Assembly (NCBI GenBank): GCA_965206595.1
Contig: OZ242214.1
Coordinates: 6,624,001 to 6,688,000 of the forward strand
Reading direction: 5' to 3'
DNA length: 64,000 nucleotides
Source of the DNA: Candidatus Latescibacterota bacterium
Lineage (GTDB): Bacteria; Latescibacterota; UBA2968; UBA8231
Each line of letters starts with the position of its first letter. Position 1 is the stretch's first letter. The translations under genes and the position numbers were made by a program. The notes under the pieces are model-generated. The model made no database searches, had not been told where the DNA came from, and saw only the letters and a list, made by a program, of their open reading frames with translations. Positions 10,535 to 20,774 of the stretch are shown piece after piece.

Positions 10535-10629
10535 GGTCGTGTGGTCCCGTTGGTGTGTCTTGTGAGTAGTGAGAGATGTGAATCGGGGGGCCACACCCGA
10601 AGCCTCCGGCCGCCGGCTTGCACCCCACT

Positions 10630-11802
10630 TCATCCCCTTCGGCCGGGGCAGATCTTGCCCAGCACCGCGGCGCGCGCCGCCCCGGTCGCCGCCGGCAGGT
10701 TGCCGCTGTTGCCGGCCAACGTCTCGTTGGCGAGGACCGCAAAGGCGAGGGCCTCCTTGGCGTCCGCGGGCACCCCGAGTTCGTCCGTGGGGGCCACGCG
10801 AAGATCGGGGAGCCCACGCACGATCTGATGCATCAGGCACCGGTTGTGCACGCCGCCGCCGCTGACCCAGAGCTCCTCCATCCTGCCGCCGGCCAGGGCG
10901 AAGCGGCCGATCCCCTGAACTATGGCGCCCGCGGAGAACGCCGTCAGGGTGGCAATCAGGGAGTCTCCCCCGAGCCCGCTTCCAGCCATCACCTCGAACA
11001 GGTACTCGGCGCCGAACTCCTCCCGGCCGGTCGATTTCGGCGGCGGCCGGTGCAGGAATTCGTGCCCGAGCAGGCGCGCCAGCCACCCCTCGTCGACCGC
11101 ACCCTTGGCGGCGCGGAGTCCGTCGCGGTCGAAACGCTCGCGGCCCCCGGTCAGGAACGAGACCGCGACGTCGACGAGCATGTTGCCTGGTCCGAGATCG
11201 AAGGCGGCGACGTCGTTGGCTCCGGCCCCGGGGGGCAGTATGGTGACGTTGGCGATGCCGCCGATGTTGAGCATCAGGCGCCCCCGCCCGGGATGGCCGA
11301 AGAGCAGGAGGTCGACCAGCGGCACCAGCGGAGCACCCTGGCCGCCAAGGGCGATGTCCGCGGGCCGGAAGTCGGCCACCGTGGTGATGCCGGTGCGCTG
11401 GGCGATCACCGCGGGCTCCCCGATCTGCAGGGTCGAGGGGCTGCCGGCCCCGGGGAAATGGCGCACCGTCTGCCCGTGGGAACCGATCAGGTCGACTTCT
11501 TCGGGGTCGGCGCCGGCCATGCGGATCACTTCGAGGGCGGCCAAGGCGAGCGCCTCGCCGAGTTCGAAGTCCAGCCCCGGCAGATCGTCGACCAGCGCGT
11601 CCGGCATGAAGAGGTCGAACAGCCCCTCGCGAAGAGCTTGGGGAATGTCGCCGGTGAAGTGGGCGAGAAGCTCGAACCCGGTGGTCGTTCCCGATGCGGA
11701 GATCCGGGCCAGCACGGCGTCGATGCCGTCCGCGGAGGTCCCCGTCATCAGGCCGACCACGAGGCGGCTGGGCTTGGCGGCGATCTCCTCAAGAAGCTGC
11801 AT
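10630..11802 (-). CDS. anmK: anhydro-N-acetylmuramic acid kinase
   Basis: GLMTGTSADGID, GSHGQTV, GGQGAPLVP, NIGGIAN and KSTGRE. Confidence 0.93.
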   Translation of the reverse strand: MQLLEEIAAKPSRLVVGLMTGTSADGIDAVLARISASGTTTGFELLAHFTGDIPQALREGLFDLFMPDALVDDLPGLDFELGEALALAALEVIRMAGADPEEVDLIGSHGQTVRHFPGAGSPSTLQIGEPAVIAQRTGITTVADFRPADIALGGQGAPLVPLVDLLLFGHPGRGRLMLNIGGIANVTILPPGAGANDVAAFDLGPGNMLVDVAVSFLTGGRERFDRDGLRAAKGAVDEGWLARLLGHEFLHRPPPKSTGREEFGAEYLFEVMAGSGLGGDSLIATLTAFSAGAIVQGIGRFALAGGRMEELWVSGGGVHNRCLMHQIVRGLPDLRVAPTDELGVPADAKEALAFAVLANETLAGNSGNLPAATGAARAAVLGKICPGRRG

Positions 11803-13240
11803 GCGCTGATCCGGGTGCCGGGGTCGGGGTCGCTGCCGCCCCCGCCCGCGCCACCGCGGCGAACAGGATGGCGAAAAGGACGGCGAAGCGGCCGTTGATC
11901 ATCGAGCCGTCGGCGATGCCGAAAACCCCCATCGCGACCAGGGCGCTGAAGGCCGCGGCCGCGAAGGCGCGCTGGTCGACAGCGGCCCCCGAGTGAAACC
12001 GGTTCCAGGCAGTTCGCAGCAGACGCAGGTACAACAGCGAAAAAAGGATCAGCCCTGGCAGTCCCATCTTCAGCCACAGGGTCAGGAACAGGCTGTCGAC
12101 GGTCCAGGCGTGCCAGGTCTCGAACCTGCCCTGGTCTGGATTGAAGCCGTAAAACCTCAGGGTCCTGCCCTGGCCGCTGCCGAGAACCGGGCGCTCGGCA
12201 ATCGCCCCCAGCACCTCGGAATAACCCATGAGGCGCCCCAGCACCTGCACGTCCCGGGTGTAGTCGACGAAGGTGCGCGAGCGTTCGAGTGCATGGGCGC
12301 TGACCGCGGCGCCTGTGAAGCGCTGGAACACCAGCACCGAGGCGACGAGAAGGAGAACGACGGCCGCGGCGAGAATTGCCGCCCCCCAGGCGCGGCGCGC
12401 CCCGCGCGGCCGGCTGCGGTGCCTGAGCCACAAAGTCGCCGCCAGCCCTACGGCAAAGGCGAGCCACATGCCCCGGCCCACGGTAAGGGCGAACGCCAGT
12501 CCCGTGGGAACGAACGCCAGCGCCGGCAGCAGGCGCCCGAAGCGCCCCGGGTCGTGGATGAAGAGGTTGGCCGTCATCAGCATGGCCACCGGCAATACCA
12601 CCCCTTGCGGGCGCGCGACGCGAAAGAAGCGCTCTCCTGCCGACAGGTCGATGGCCCCGAGAAACTCGAAGATGTACGTAACCCCAACGACCGGACCGAC
12701 GAACATGAGAGCCGGAGCGATCAGACGCGCCCCGTCTCGAGGGGAGAAGGCCTGGGTGGCAGCGAAGAAGGCGACGTAATAGAGGGGATAGCGGAGATTG
12801 CGGAGGATGCTCCCCTTGTCGTCGTTGCCGTAGTACACCCCCAGCAGGGCGGAGAGCAGGGCAACGGCGAGAAAGGCGGCGACGAGGCGATCGACATCCG
12901 TGGTCGTCACCCGCAGCCGGCGCGCCCAGGCGACCTCGATCGCCAGGAACAGCAGGGTTGCGATCAACAGCACCTCGGTCAGCTTGAACCCGAGGGGTAT
13001 GCGCAGGAGCACGAGCACAGGGCCCGGAATCACCGCGGTCGCCACGAGCAGGACGACTAGCGAACGCCTGACCGAGAAAAGCATGGCCGCGGCGGTCAGC
13101 AGGGCCGCGGCGATCAGCGGGACGTAGTGGGCCGACCAGAATGCCGGCGCCACGACGATCCCGCACAGCAGCGCGCAGGCCGCGGCGATCAGGCGGTTGT
13201 CGCGAGGGTCGAAGGAGTGCCGTACGGTGACCGCGGTCAC
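11789..13240 (-). CDS. O-antigen ligase/Wzy-like polytopic membrane protein
   Basis: Many TM segments; LTVGRGMW, PVLGSGQG and WLKMGLPG. GTG start overlaps the upstream stop (GTGA). Confidence 0.72.
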   Translation of the reverse strand: MTAVTVRHSFDPRDNRLIAAACALLCGIVVAPAFWSAHYVPLIAAALLTAAAMLFSVRRSLVVLLVATAVIPGPVLVLLRIPLGFKLTEVLLIATLLFLAIEVAWARRLRVTTTDVDRLVAAFLAVALLSALLGVYYGNDDKGSILRNLRYPLYYVAFFAATQAFSPRDGARLIAPALMFVGPVVGVTYIFEFLGAIDLSAGERFFRVARPQGVVLPVAMLMTANLFIHDPGRFGRLLPALAFVPTGLAFALTVGRGMWLAFAVGLAATLWLRHRSRPRGARRAWGAAILAAAVVLLLVASVLVFQRFTGAAVSAHALERSRTFVDYTRDVQVLGRLMGYSEVLGAIAERPVLGSGQGRTLRFYGFNPDQGRFETWHAWTVDSLFLTLWLKMGLPGLILFSLLYLRLLRTAWNRFHSGAAVDQRAFAAAAFSALVAMGVFGIADGSMINGRFAVLFAILFAAVARAGAAATPTPAPGSAHAAS

Positions 13241-13923
13241 GGTGCCGCCCCTCCTCCGGGGCGCTCTGCGATCAGCAGGAAGTTCCACGCGTCTCCCTCG
13301 ACGCGGTGGAGCCTGTCGAGGAGGAAGCCGGCTACCTGGATCAGCGCGTAGAGAGGCCGCGTCACCCAGGCGAGACCGATCTTCTCGAACTGCTGCAGGT
13401 ACTGGCAGGCGCGCGCCGCCGCAGTCACCCAGTAGCCCGCCAGGGCCTGCACGCTCGCCACCTCGAGGCCGGCGTCTCCGGCGAGCTGGCGCAGTCCGAA
13501 GCCGGTGAAGCGGAAATAGTCGCGGGGCTCCTCGTGGACTCCCCACATATGGGGGGCCGTCACGATCAGGCAACCACCGGGAGCCAGCACCCGCGCCATC
13601 TCTTCGACCATCCGCGCCGGTCGCGGCACGTGCTCGAGTACCTGGAAGGAGACAACGGTCTGGAAGCTGCCCTCCCGGAACGGCAGGGCGAGGGCGTCCC
13701 CCCATACATCGGGAGGGGAAGCGGCGAAGCGGCGGCGGTCGAACTCGAGATGGGTCAGGGATTCCCCTGCGGCGGCCAGCAGGGGCGCGAACGGCCGCTC
13801 CCCGCAGCCGACGTCGAGGATGCGGCCGCGGGCGCAGCGGCTGACCGCGTCCTCGACGCAGCGCCGGTGGATGCTGTGGACCAGCCAGTTCACCGAGAAG
13901 GGTGAGCGCGGCTGCGGCTTCAT
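13237..13923 (-). CDS. class I SAM-dependent methyltransferase
   Basis: ILDVGCG, LPFREGSF, QVLEHV and DYFRFT. Start at MKPQPR. Confidence 0.85.
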   Translation of the reverse strand: MKPQPRSPFSVNWLVHSIHRRCVEDAVSRCARGRILDVGCGERPFAPLLAAAGESLTHLEFDRRRFAASPPDVWGDALALPFREGSFQTVVSFQVLEHVPRPARMVEEMARVLAPGGCLIVTAPHMWGVHEEPRDYFRFTGFGLRQLAGDAGLEVASVQALAGYWVTAAARACQYLQQFEKIGLAWVTRPLYALIQVAGFLLDRLHRVEGDAWNFLLIAERPGGGAAP

Positions 13924-13942
13924 GGGACGGGCTCGACCGAGC

Positions 13943-15055
13943 CTATGAACGGTCGCGGGCCGAGTGCGGGTAGTAGTCGACGACCTGCCCCTCACCGCCG
14001 ATTACGTAGCTGCCCGGGTAGCGGACCGTCGTCGGGCAGACGTGCCCGGGGACGGCGAGCAGGTAGGTCCCTATCCCGGGCAGGTCGCCGTCGCAGGCGA
14101 AGACGCCGTGCTCCTCGTTCTGCCTGGCCAGGTTGGCGCCTCCCATGCCGAGAAGGCTTGCCCGGCTCGACAGCGGCGGATCTCCAGCGATCGCCTTGTA
14201 CCCGAGATCGGTCGTGAAGGTCTTCTGGTCGGGGTGGCGGTCGACGACCTGGGTCAGCACCAGGGCGGCAAACCGGAAAGGGGTGTCCGGCATCCCGCCC
14301 TGGTAGCCGGCATCCCAGTAGATGCAGGCCCCGGGGGATCCGAGCATCCCCTCGGCGCGGGCGTAGAACGGATAGGAGAAGCTGCTGCCCCCGACGACAC
14401 GCCCCGCCTCCATCCCCTCGGCCTCGAGCGCGGCGATGAGCTTACCCGCCTCCTCTATGTGGCGGTTGGCCGCGGCTTCCCGCAGGGTGCGGTCGCTGAA
14501 GTGCTCGTGCCCGTCGTAGATGTGAAGGCCGCTTCCCTCGACCTGGTCCTCGCGCCCCAGGCGCCGGTACAGGGCAATCGCCGGCGCGCCGAAGGCGACC
14601 CCGGTCCGGTGCTGGCCGGCGTCGAGGTCGAGCATGGCGCGCAGGGTCAGGGATTTCTCCCGCGCCACCGAGGCAAGGACATCGACGTGGCAATCGCTGC
14701 TGACTATGGCGTGGACGAGGGCGCCCGGATGTGCGGCGGTCAGCTCGGCGAGGCGCTCGACCTTGGAGCGCTGCACCAGGGGGTAGGACAGGATCGCCTC
14801 CTCCGCGCCGGCCTCGAGCACCATCTGCAGCTCCCGGAGGGTCGCGCACTTGAAGCCGCTGACCCCGGACTCGAGCTGCTTGGCGGCCACCGCCTGCGAC
14901 TTGTGGGTCTTGACGTGCGGCATCAGCCGCGCGGCCCCGCCGGCCTCTTCGGCCATCGCCGCGATATTGTGATCCACCATGTCCTCGAACAGGACCATGG
15001 CGGGCGTCTCGATGCCTTCAGGATCCGCGATCCGGTAATCTTGGGAGTCGATCAT
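13943..15055 (-). CDS. D-threonine aldolase/alanine racemase-like PLP enzyme
   Basis: PHVKTHK PLP lysine, KCATLRE, HRTG, HIYDGH, EEHG and PGHVCPT. Confidence 0.85.
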   Translation of the reverse strand: MIDSQDYRIADPEGIETPAMVLFEDMVDHNIAAMAEEAGGAARLMPHVKTHKSQAVAAKQLESGVSGFKCATLRELQMVLEAGAEEAILSYPLVQRSKVERLAELTAAHPGALVHAIVSSDCHVDVLASVAREKSLTLRAMLDLDAGQHRTGVAFGAPAIALYRRLGREDQVEGSGLHIYDGHEHFSDRTLREAAANRHIEEAGKLIAALEAEGMEAGRVVGGSSFSYPFYARAEGMLGSPGACIYWDAGYQGGMPDTPFRFAALVLTQVVDRHPDQKTFTTDLGYKAIAGDPPLSSRASLLGMGGANLARQNEEHGVFACDGDLPGIGTYLLAVPGHVCPTTVRYPGSYVIGGEGQVVDYYPHSARDRS

Positions 15056-15101
15056 CGCTGCTTCGGGGGGCCTTGAAGTTTTGCTGGAATATTGACGTAA
15101 A

Positions 15102-15137
15102 GCATTGAAAATTAATGCGCTCGGGAGTCAGTGGCAA
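15102..15137 (-). promoter_or_regulatory. putative sigma70 promoter with overlapping palindrome
   Basis: TTGCCA-17 nt-TAATTT on the minus strand; GCATT-N7-AATGC at 15102-15118. Confidence 0.4.
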
Positions 15138-15172
15138 TCGCTGGAGGCCACGCTTTTTCCCGGTCGGACCGG

Positions 15173-16078
15173 TCAGACTCCGAACCCCCGGCGGCTCTCC
15201 AGCTCGTCGATGGTTCGCGGCCAGTCCTCCTTCAGCAGCTTCGAGAGCTGACGGTCGGCGAGGATCTTTCCCCCGGTCTGGCAGCGCGGGCAGTAGTTGG
15301 TCTCGTTGGCGGCGTACTCGATGCGTTGAATCTGCGTCCCGCAGACCGGGCAGGGCTCACCGTAGCGGCCGTGGGCCGCCATTCCCGGGCGGAAGGCGGT
15401 GACCTTTTCGGGAAAACCATCGGCGCCTTCGCATCGCAGCCGCTCGATCCACAGGGCCAGGGTCGAGCGCGCAGCCTCGTGCAGCCGCGCGATTTCCTCC
15501 TCGCTCAGCCGGCTCGTCCACTTGACCGGGGAAAGGCCTGCGGCATGGAGGATTTCGTCTGAGTAGGCGTTGCCTATGCCGCTGAACAGGCGGGGATCGG
15601 TTAGGGAGCGCTTGAGAGTGTGGTTCTCGCTCAGCAGCGCCTGCCGGAACTCCTTCACGCCGGCGCCGAGCACCTCGATCCCCCCCGGGTCGTGGCCCGC
15701 CAGGCCGGCCTCACCCTGAACGACGTGCAGGGAGGCGCGCTTCTTCGACCCCGCCTCGGTCACCATCAGAACCCCCCGATCGAAATCGAACGCCGCCAGG
15801 TCGATCCTGCCCCTCGGTTTCGAACCGGGTTTCCTCCAGTGGTAACGGCCGGCGATCATCAGGTGGAAGACGAGGAACAGCTCCCCCTCCAGCTCCCAGA
15901 CGATCCTCTTGCCGATGCGGCGGAACCCGCGCACCTCCCTGCCGTTTGCGGCCTCCAGCCCCGGGTCGAAGGAACGCACGAAGAACTGGCTCCTCAGCTC
16001 GGTCCCGGCGATGGTCCTGCCGCCGATGTCGCGGTCGAGGGCGTCGATGTAGAGGGCGACGTCCGGCAGCTCAGGCAT
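15173..16078 (-). CDS. Fpg/Nei family DNA glycosylase
   Basis: N-terminal MPELPDV, HLMIAG, GIGNAYSDEIL (H2TH) and CPVC..CPRCQ zinc finger. Confidence 0.92.
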   Translation of the reverse strand: MPELPDVALYIDALDRDIGGRTIAGTELRSQFFVRSFDPGLEAANGREVRGFRRIGKRIVWELEGELFLVFHLMIAGRYHWRKPGSKPRGRIDLAAFDFDRGVLMVTEAGSKKRASLHVVQGEAGLAGHDPGGIEVLGAGVKEFRQALLSENHTLKRSLTDPRLFSGIGNAYSDEILHAAGLSPVKWTSRLSEEEIARLHEAARSTLALWIERLRCEGADGFPEKVTAFRPGMAAHGRYGEPCPVCGTQIQRIEYAANETNYCPRCQTGGKILADRQLSKLLKEDWPRTIDELESRRGFGV

Positions 16079-16910
16079 TGCCCCGGTTCTTTCTGCCGAC
16101 GTGGAGGAAGTGCAGGGTGCCACCAAGCAGGTCGGGGAGCTCGCAGGTTTTGCGCAGAATGTCGAACCAGGCCTGCTTGTCCCGCTCTTCCGCCAGGACC
16201 TTTTCCTGGCGGACCTGGAAGAAAGCCCCGACTCCCTCGAGGTTGCGCATGCGCAGGGTCTCGAAGCCCCCTGCTTCCATCATGTCCCTCGCCTCCCGAG
16301 GCCAGCAGCGGAAGTGGTCGCTCATCGAGGTGATGCCGCTCGCCGCCCGGACCAGGCCCCGCTCGAGCAGGTCGTCGAGGAAGGCGTCGTCGTGCAGCAG
16401 GGAAGGGTCGTGGGTGAGCATGCGCGAGAACACCGGGTAGCGGCTGATGAACGAGGCGACGGCGATTCCACCCGGCTTGAGGATACGGAAGGTTTCGGCG
16501 ATCGCCCGGCGGCGTTCCCCTTCCTCCAGCAGGTGGTAGAGCGGCCCCATCAGCAGGGCGGCGTCGAACTGCTCCCCGGGGATCCAGCTCAGGTCGGTGG
16601 CGCAGGATTTCCAGGTGAACTGCACGCGGCCGCGGTGGGCTTCGCCGATGCGGCTGTTGAACAGTGCCAGGCAGCTCCCCGAGAGATCGACGAGGCCGAC
16701 CTCGCACCCCCGCCGCTTCAGCAGGTACTCCGAATAGCGGCCCGGACCGGCCCCGATGTCGACGACCGCCGAGCCCCCGGCGACGTACTCGTTGATCAGC
16801 TCGACCGTCAGCTCCCACTCCGCTTCATGCAGAGGGGACTGCAGCAACCGCCCGTACTCCCGTTGCGCCCCGTCGTCGTAGGAGCGGGTGATGAGCTCCC
16901 TTGCCGTCAT
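16071..16910 (-). CDS. class I SAM-dependent methyltransferase
   Basis: VVDIGAGPGRYS and FDAALLMGPLYHL. Confidence 0.85.
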   Translation of the reverse strand: MTARELITRSYDDGAQREYGRLLQSPLHEAEWELTVELINEYVAGGSAVVDIGAGPGRYSEYLLKRRGCEVGLVDLSGSCLALFNSRIGEAHRGRVQFTWKSCATDLSWIPGEQFDAALLMGPLYHLLEEGERRRAIAETFRILKPGGIAVASFISRYPVFSRMLTHDPSLLHDDAFLDDLLERGLVRAASGITSMSDHFRCWPREARDMMEAGGFETLRMRNLEGVGAFFQVRQEKVLAEERDKQAWFDILRKTCELPDLLGGTLHFLHVGRKNRGNA

Positions 16911-16934
16911 GGCAGGGTGCGAAGCGCTGGCCCG

Positions 16935-17699
16935 CTACTTCTTTTTCTTCGCGGCTTTTCGCTTCCCGGCCTTGTCCTGGGTGCCGTAGGCGTGACCCTG
17001 AAAAATGGCGCGCAGCTCCGCCGCGGACGTCGCCTTCCGCATCCGCTCCTGCTGTTCCGCTTCCTCAGCCAGCAGGGTGGCGACGTTGTCGTGCACCGCC
17101 TGCAGGTGCTCGGCGGGAAATTTGCAGGCCCCGTGCTCGTCCATGTGGATGATCTCCCCCGGGCTGACGTCCATCCCCGAAATCGACACCGGCACGTTGA
17201 CGGCGTGGAGCTGCATCTCCCCGTGTCCGGGGGTGACCCCGCTCAGCAGGTACTGGAACTCCATCGGCCGGATCTCCTCGACGTCGCGGGAGGGGCCGTT
17301 CGAAATCGCCCCGATGCAGCCGACCGCCTTCATCGCCGTTACCATGTTTCCCCCTGCCAACCCCACCTTGCCGGCGAGCCGGCGCGGGAATTTCTGCTGG
17401 AAAACGAGAATCGTCGGCTGCGGCGAAGCCTCGAGGGCGTCGAGCACGTCCATGAACGACAGGCGGTTGAAGTTGGGGTCGGGCATGCCGAAGACGCAGG
17501 TCACCGCGTACCCGGCGACCGCTCCCAGCTCGGGATACATGCAGCGGATGCGCTGATCGGTGTACCAGTTCTCCGTCCAGGGATGGTACAAGCCGAGGCA
17601 GAGCGGGTTGTTCGGGTAGGTGGCGACGACGTTGGTGATCGAGGGGGTGTCGAACCTGCGGAGCTTCTCGAGCAGGTCGAGTTCGGGTGTTTCGGCCAT
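16935..17699 (-). CDS. RraA family protein (HMG aldolase-like)
   Basis: FDTPSITN, AGYAVT, GPSRD and PGEIIHMDEHG. Confidence 0.82.
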   Translation of the reverse strand: MAETPELDLLEKLRRFDTPSITNVVATYPNNPLCLGLYHPWTENWYTDQRIRCMYPELGAVAGYAVTCVFGMPDPNFNRLSFMDVLDALEASPQPTILVFQQKFPRRLAGKVGLAGGNMVTAMKAVGCIGAISNGPSRDVEEIRPMEFQYLLSGVTPGHGEMQLHAVNVPVSISGMDVSPGEIIHMDEHGACKFPAEHLQAVHDNVATLLAEEAEQQERMRKATSAAELRAIFQGHAYGTQDKAGKRKAAKKKK

Positions 17700-17803
17700 G
17701 AATTTGCGGCTCCATTGATCGGGATGAAAGGCGAAGGTTTTTCAACCTATCCCATGGGGACAAAGCTGGCAATCGGAGCCGGGGACTGCGCAAAGCGGGC
17801 CTG

Positions 17804-18697
17804 CTATTTCGGAATCCCCAGCTGCTTCCGGTAGGTCTCGTCGCCGTTGCCTTGCAGCTCCCAGTAGGGGACGCGGAGGGTGCGCATCAGCTCTCCCGAG
17901 CCGCCGCCCGAATCCCGCCACGCCAGTATGCGGCGGGGGGCGGCCTGCTCGACCCAGACGACCGTCTGCCCGTGGCCGTACCCCCAGGTCCAGCGCACCG
18001 CGGCCGCACGGACCCCGCCTGCCTCGATCTCCTCGACCGCGCCCTTGGTCAGGGTGGCATGCATCAGCTCTCGCGGCGCCTCGCGGGCCCGGACCTTCCA
18101 AAGCCCCGGCAGCAGCCGGAGCTGGCGCGCCTCCCCGGTCTTCATCCACTCCCCCTTCAACTCGCGGATGCGGATCAGCAGGTTGTCCTCGCTTTCGAAG
18201 TCCGCCGGCGTTTCCAGGCTCCACTGCTGGCGGCCCTCGCGCTCGAAGTAGCTGTTGAGGTCCCCCCGCAGGGAATCGGGTGCGGCGCGCACCTCCTCGA
18301 ACACGTGCCCGCACCACTCCTGCGAGCTCAGGCTGACCTTCCACAGCTCGAAGGGCTCCACACCGGTACGCGGCTCCACGGAACTGAACACCGACGTCAT
18401 CACCGAGTAGTCGTAGATACCGGTGGTGAACTTCAGCACGTTGTTGAGCTTCAGGACGTATACGCGGTCGGCCGCGGGAGCCGGCGACTCCACCTTGATC
18501 CCGGTGCCGGCGTGCAGGTCTTCGGTGACGAAGATCAGCACCCCGTACGCCTCTCTCGGTTCCCCGTAGCGGGGCTGTTCGATGCGGTAGCTCGAGAGCT
18601 CGGCGCGACCGTCCCCCCAGTGGGCGTAGAAATCCTGTCCCGCAACGGGCGACAAGGCCGCCGCCAGGACGGCGGCGGTCGCAAGAACTCGGTTCAT
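17804..18697 (-). CDS. secreted hypothetical protein
   Basis: Signal-peptide-like N-terminus; WGDGRAELSSY, LIFVTE, VLKLN, FTTGIYDYS and SSQEWCGH blocks. Confidence 0.7.
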   Translation of the reverse strand: MNRVLATAAVLAAALSPVAGQDFYAHWGDGRAELSSYRIEQPRYGEPREAYGVLIFVTEDLHAGTGIKVESPAPAADRVYVLKLNNVLKFTTGIYDYSVMTSVFSSVEPRTGVEPFELWKVSLSSQEWCGHVFEEVRAAPDSLRGDLNSYFEREGRQQWSLETPADFESEDNLLIRIRELKGEWMKTGEARQLRLLPGLWKVRAREAPRELMHATLTKGAVEEIEAGGVRAAAVRWTWGYGHGQTVVWVEQAAPRRILAWRDSGGGSGELMRTLRVPYWELQGNGDETYRKQLGIPK

Positions 18698-18946
18698 CCT
18701 GTCCTCTCTCTGGTATCGGCCTCGGCGGCCGGCTTCTCATTTACGGAACCACTCCCGCAAGATAGGCGCGGCGAGGGAACCCGGCACGACAGGCACGGCA
18801 GCGGAAAACCAGACCCTGTGGAAACAGGTTCGCGCCTCCCTTCCCGACGCCCGGCATGGCCGGATCGATCCGGCACGCCCTCCCTCCTTTTCAATTGCGT
18901 TTAATTGCGGAAATTCCATCTTGCGGGAGAGGGCACTAGCTGGTCA

Positions 18947-18975
18947 TTGACTTCAAATTTAGCCAAGACTAAATT
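18947..18975 (+). promoter_or_regulatory. sigma70 promoter overlapped by a DtxR/MntR/TroR-like operator
   Basis: TTGACT (18947)-17 nt-TAAATT (18970); palindrome AATTTAG-N6-CTAAATT at 18956-18975. Confidence 0.75.
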
Positions 18976-18981
18976 ATCACG

Positions 18982-19955
18982 ATGCTTTCATTCGCAAACC
19001 CACTGGAAAAAATGGCACCGCAACCTTCCAGGATGATGGCGGGAATCGTCGCTGTCGTCATCGCCGCGGTCGGCATGGCCGGATGCGGCGATCCCGAGGT
19101 CGAACCAGACCAGCCTGGCCCTGGCCGCCTCAAGGTGGTGGCGACCACCGGAATGATCGCCGACATGGTCGCCGAGGTCGGCGGCTCCCGGATCGAGGTG
19201 ACCGGCCTGATGGGGCCCGGGGTCGATCCCCACTACTACAAGGCGACCCGGGGGGATCTCGAACATCTGACCGCGGCTCGCGTCATCTTCTACAACGGGC
19301 TCTTCCTCGAGGGCAAGCTCGACGAGATCTTCCGCAAGATGGCCCGCTCCGGAACGGTGGTCGCCGTCTCGAGCGCCGTTCCCGAAGAGCAGCTTCGCAA
19401 ACCCGCGGAGTTCGAGGGCAACTACGACCCCCACATCTGGTTCGACGTCGACATGTGGCGCTCGGCGATCGGAGGCGTCGCCGCCGCCCTGGCGAAAGCG
19501 GACCCCGGGGGGACCTCCCTTTTCGAGGCCAACGGGGCGAGGTACGGCTCCGAGCTGGCCGAGCTCGATGACTGGGTTCGCGAGCGCCTGCAGCAGGTCC
19601 CGGCGAAGCGGCGGCTGCTGGTCACCGCCCACGATGCCTTCGGCTACTTTGGCCGCGCCTACGGCATCGATGTCGTCGGCCTGCAGGGAATCTCGACCGT
19701 TGCCGAGTACGGAGTCGCCGACGTCCGCAACCTCGTCGACCTCATCGTGGCGCGCGGCGTGCCGGCGATCTTCGTCGAAAGCAGCGTCCCGGAGCGCTCG
19801 ATCAACGCGGTGCGCGCAGGCTGTCTCGCCCGCGGCCACGAGGTCGTCATCGGCGGCACCCTCTATTCCGACGCCATGGGGGCGGTCGGCAGCGGGGCGG
19901 ACACCTACGCCGGGATGGTGCGCTCCAATGTCGACACCATCGTCGAGGCCCTGAA

Positions 19956-19959
<4 letters not shown>
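18982..19959 (+). CDS. troA: Mn/Fe/Zn ABC transporter substrate-binding lipoprotein
   Basis: Lipobox MAGC, GPGVDPH, YNGLFLE, DPHIWFD, TAHDAFGYF and LYSD. The true start may be a later ATG. Confidence 0.92.
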
Positions 19960-20765
<806 letters not shown>

Positions 20766-20774
20766 CCCGGGGCG

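Noticed and set aside
10535-11086. N-terminal extension of the M16 peptidase ORF
   Set aside because: Overlaps anmK in another frame; family similarity starts at MSHDFE.
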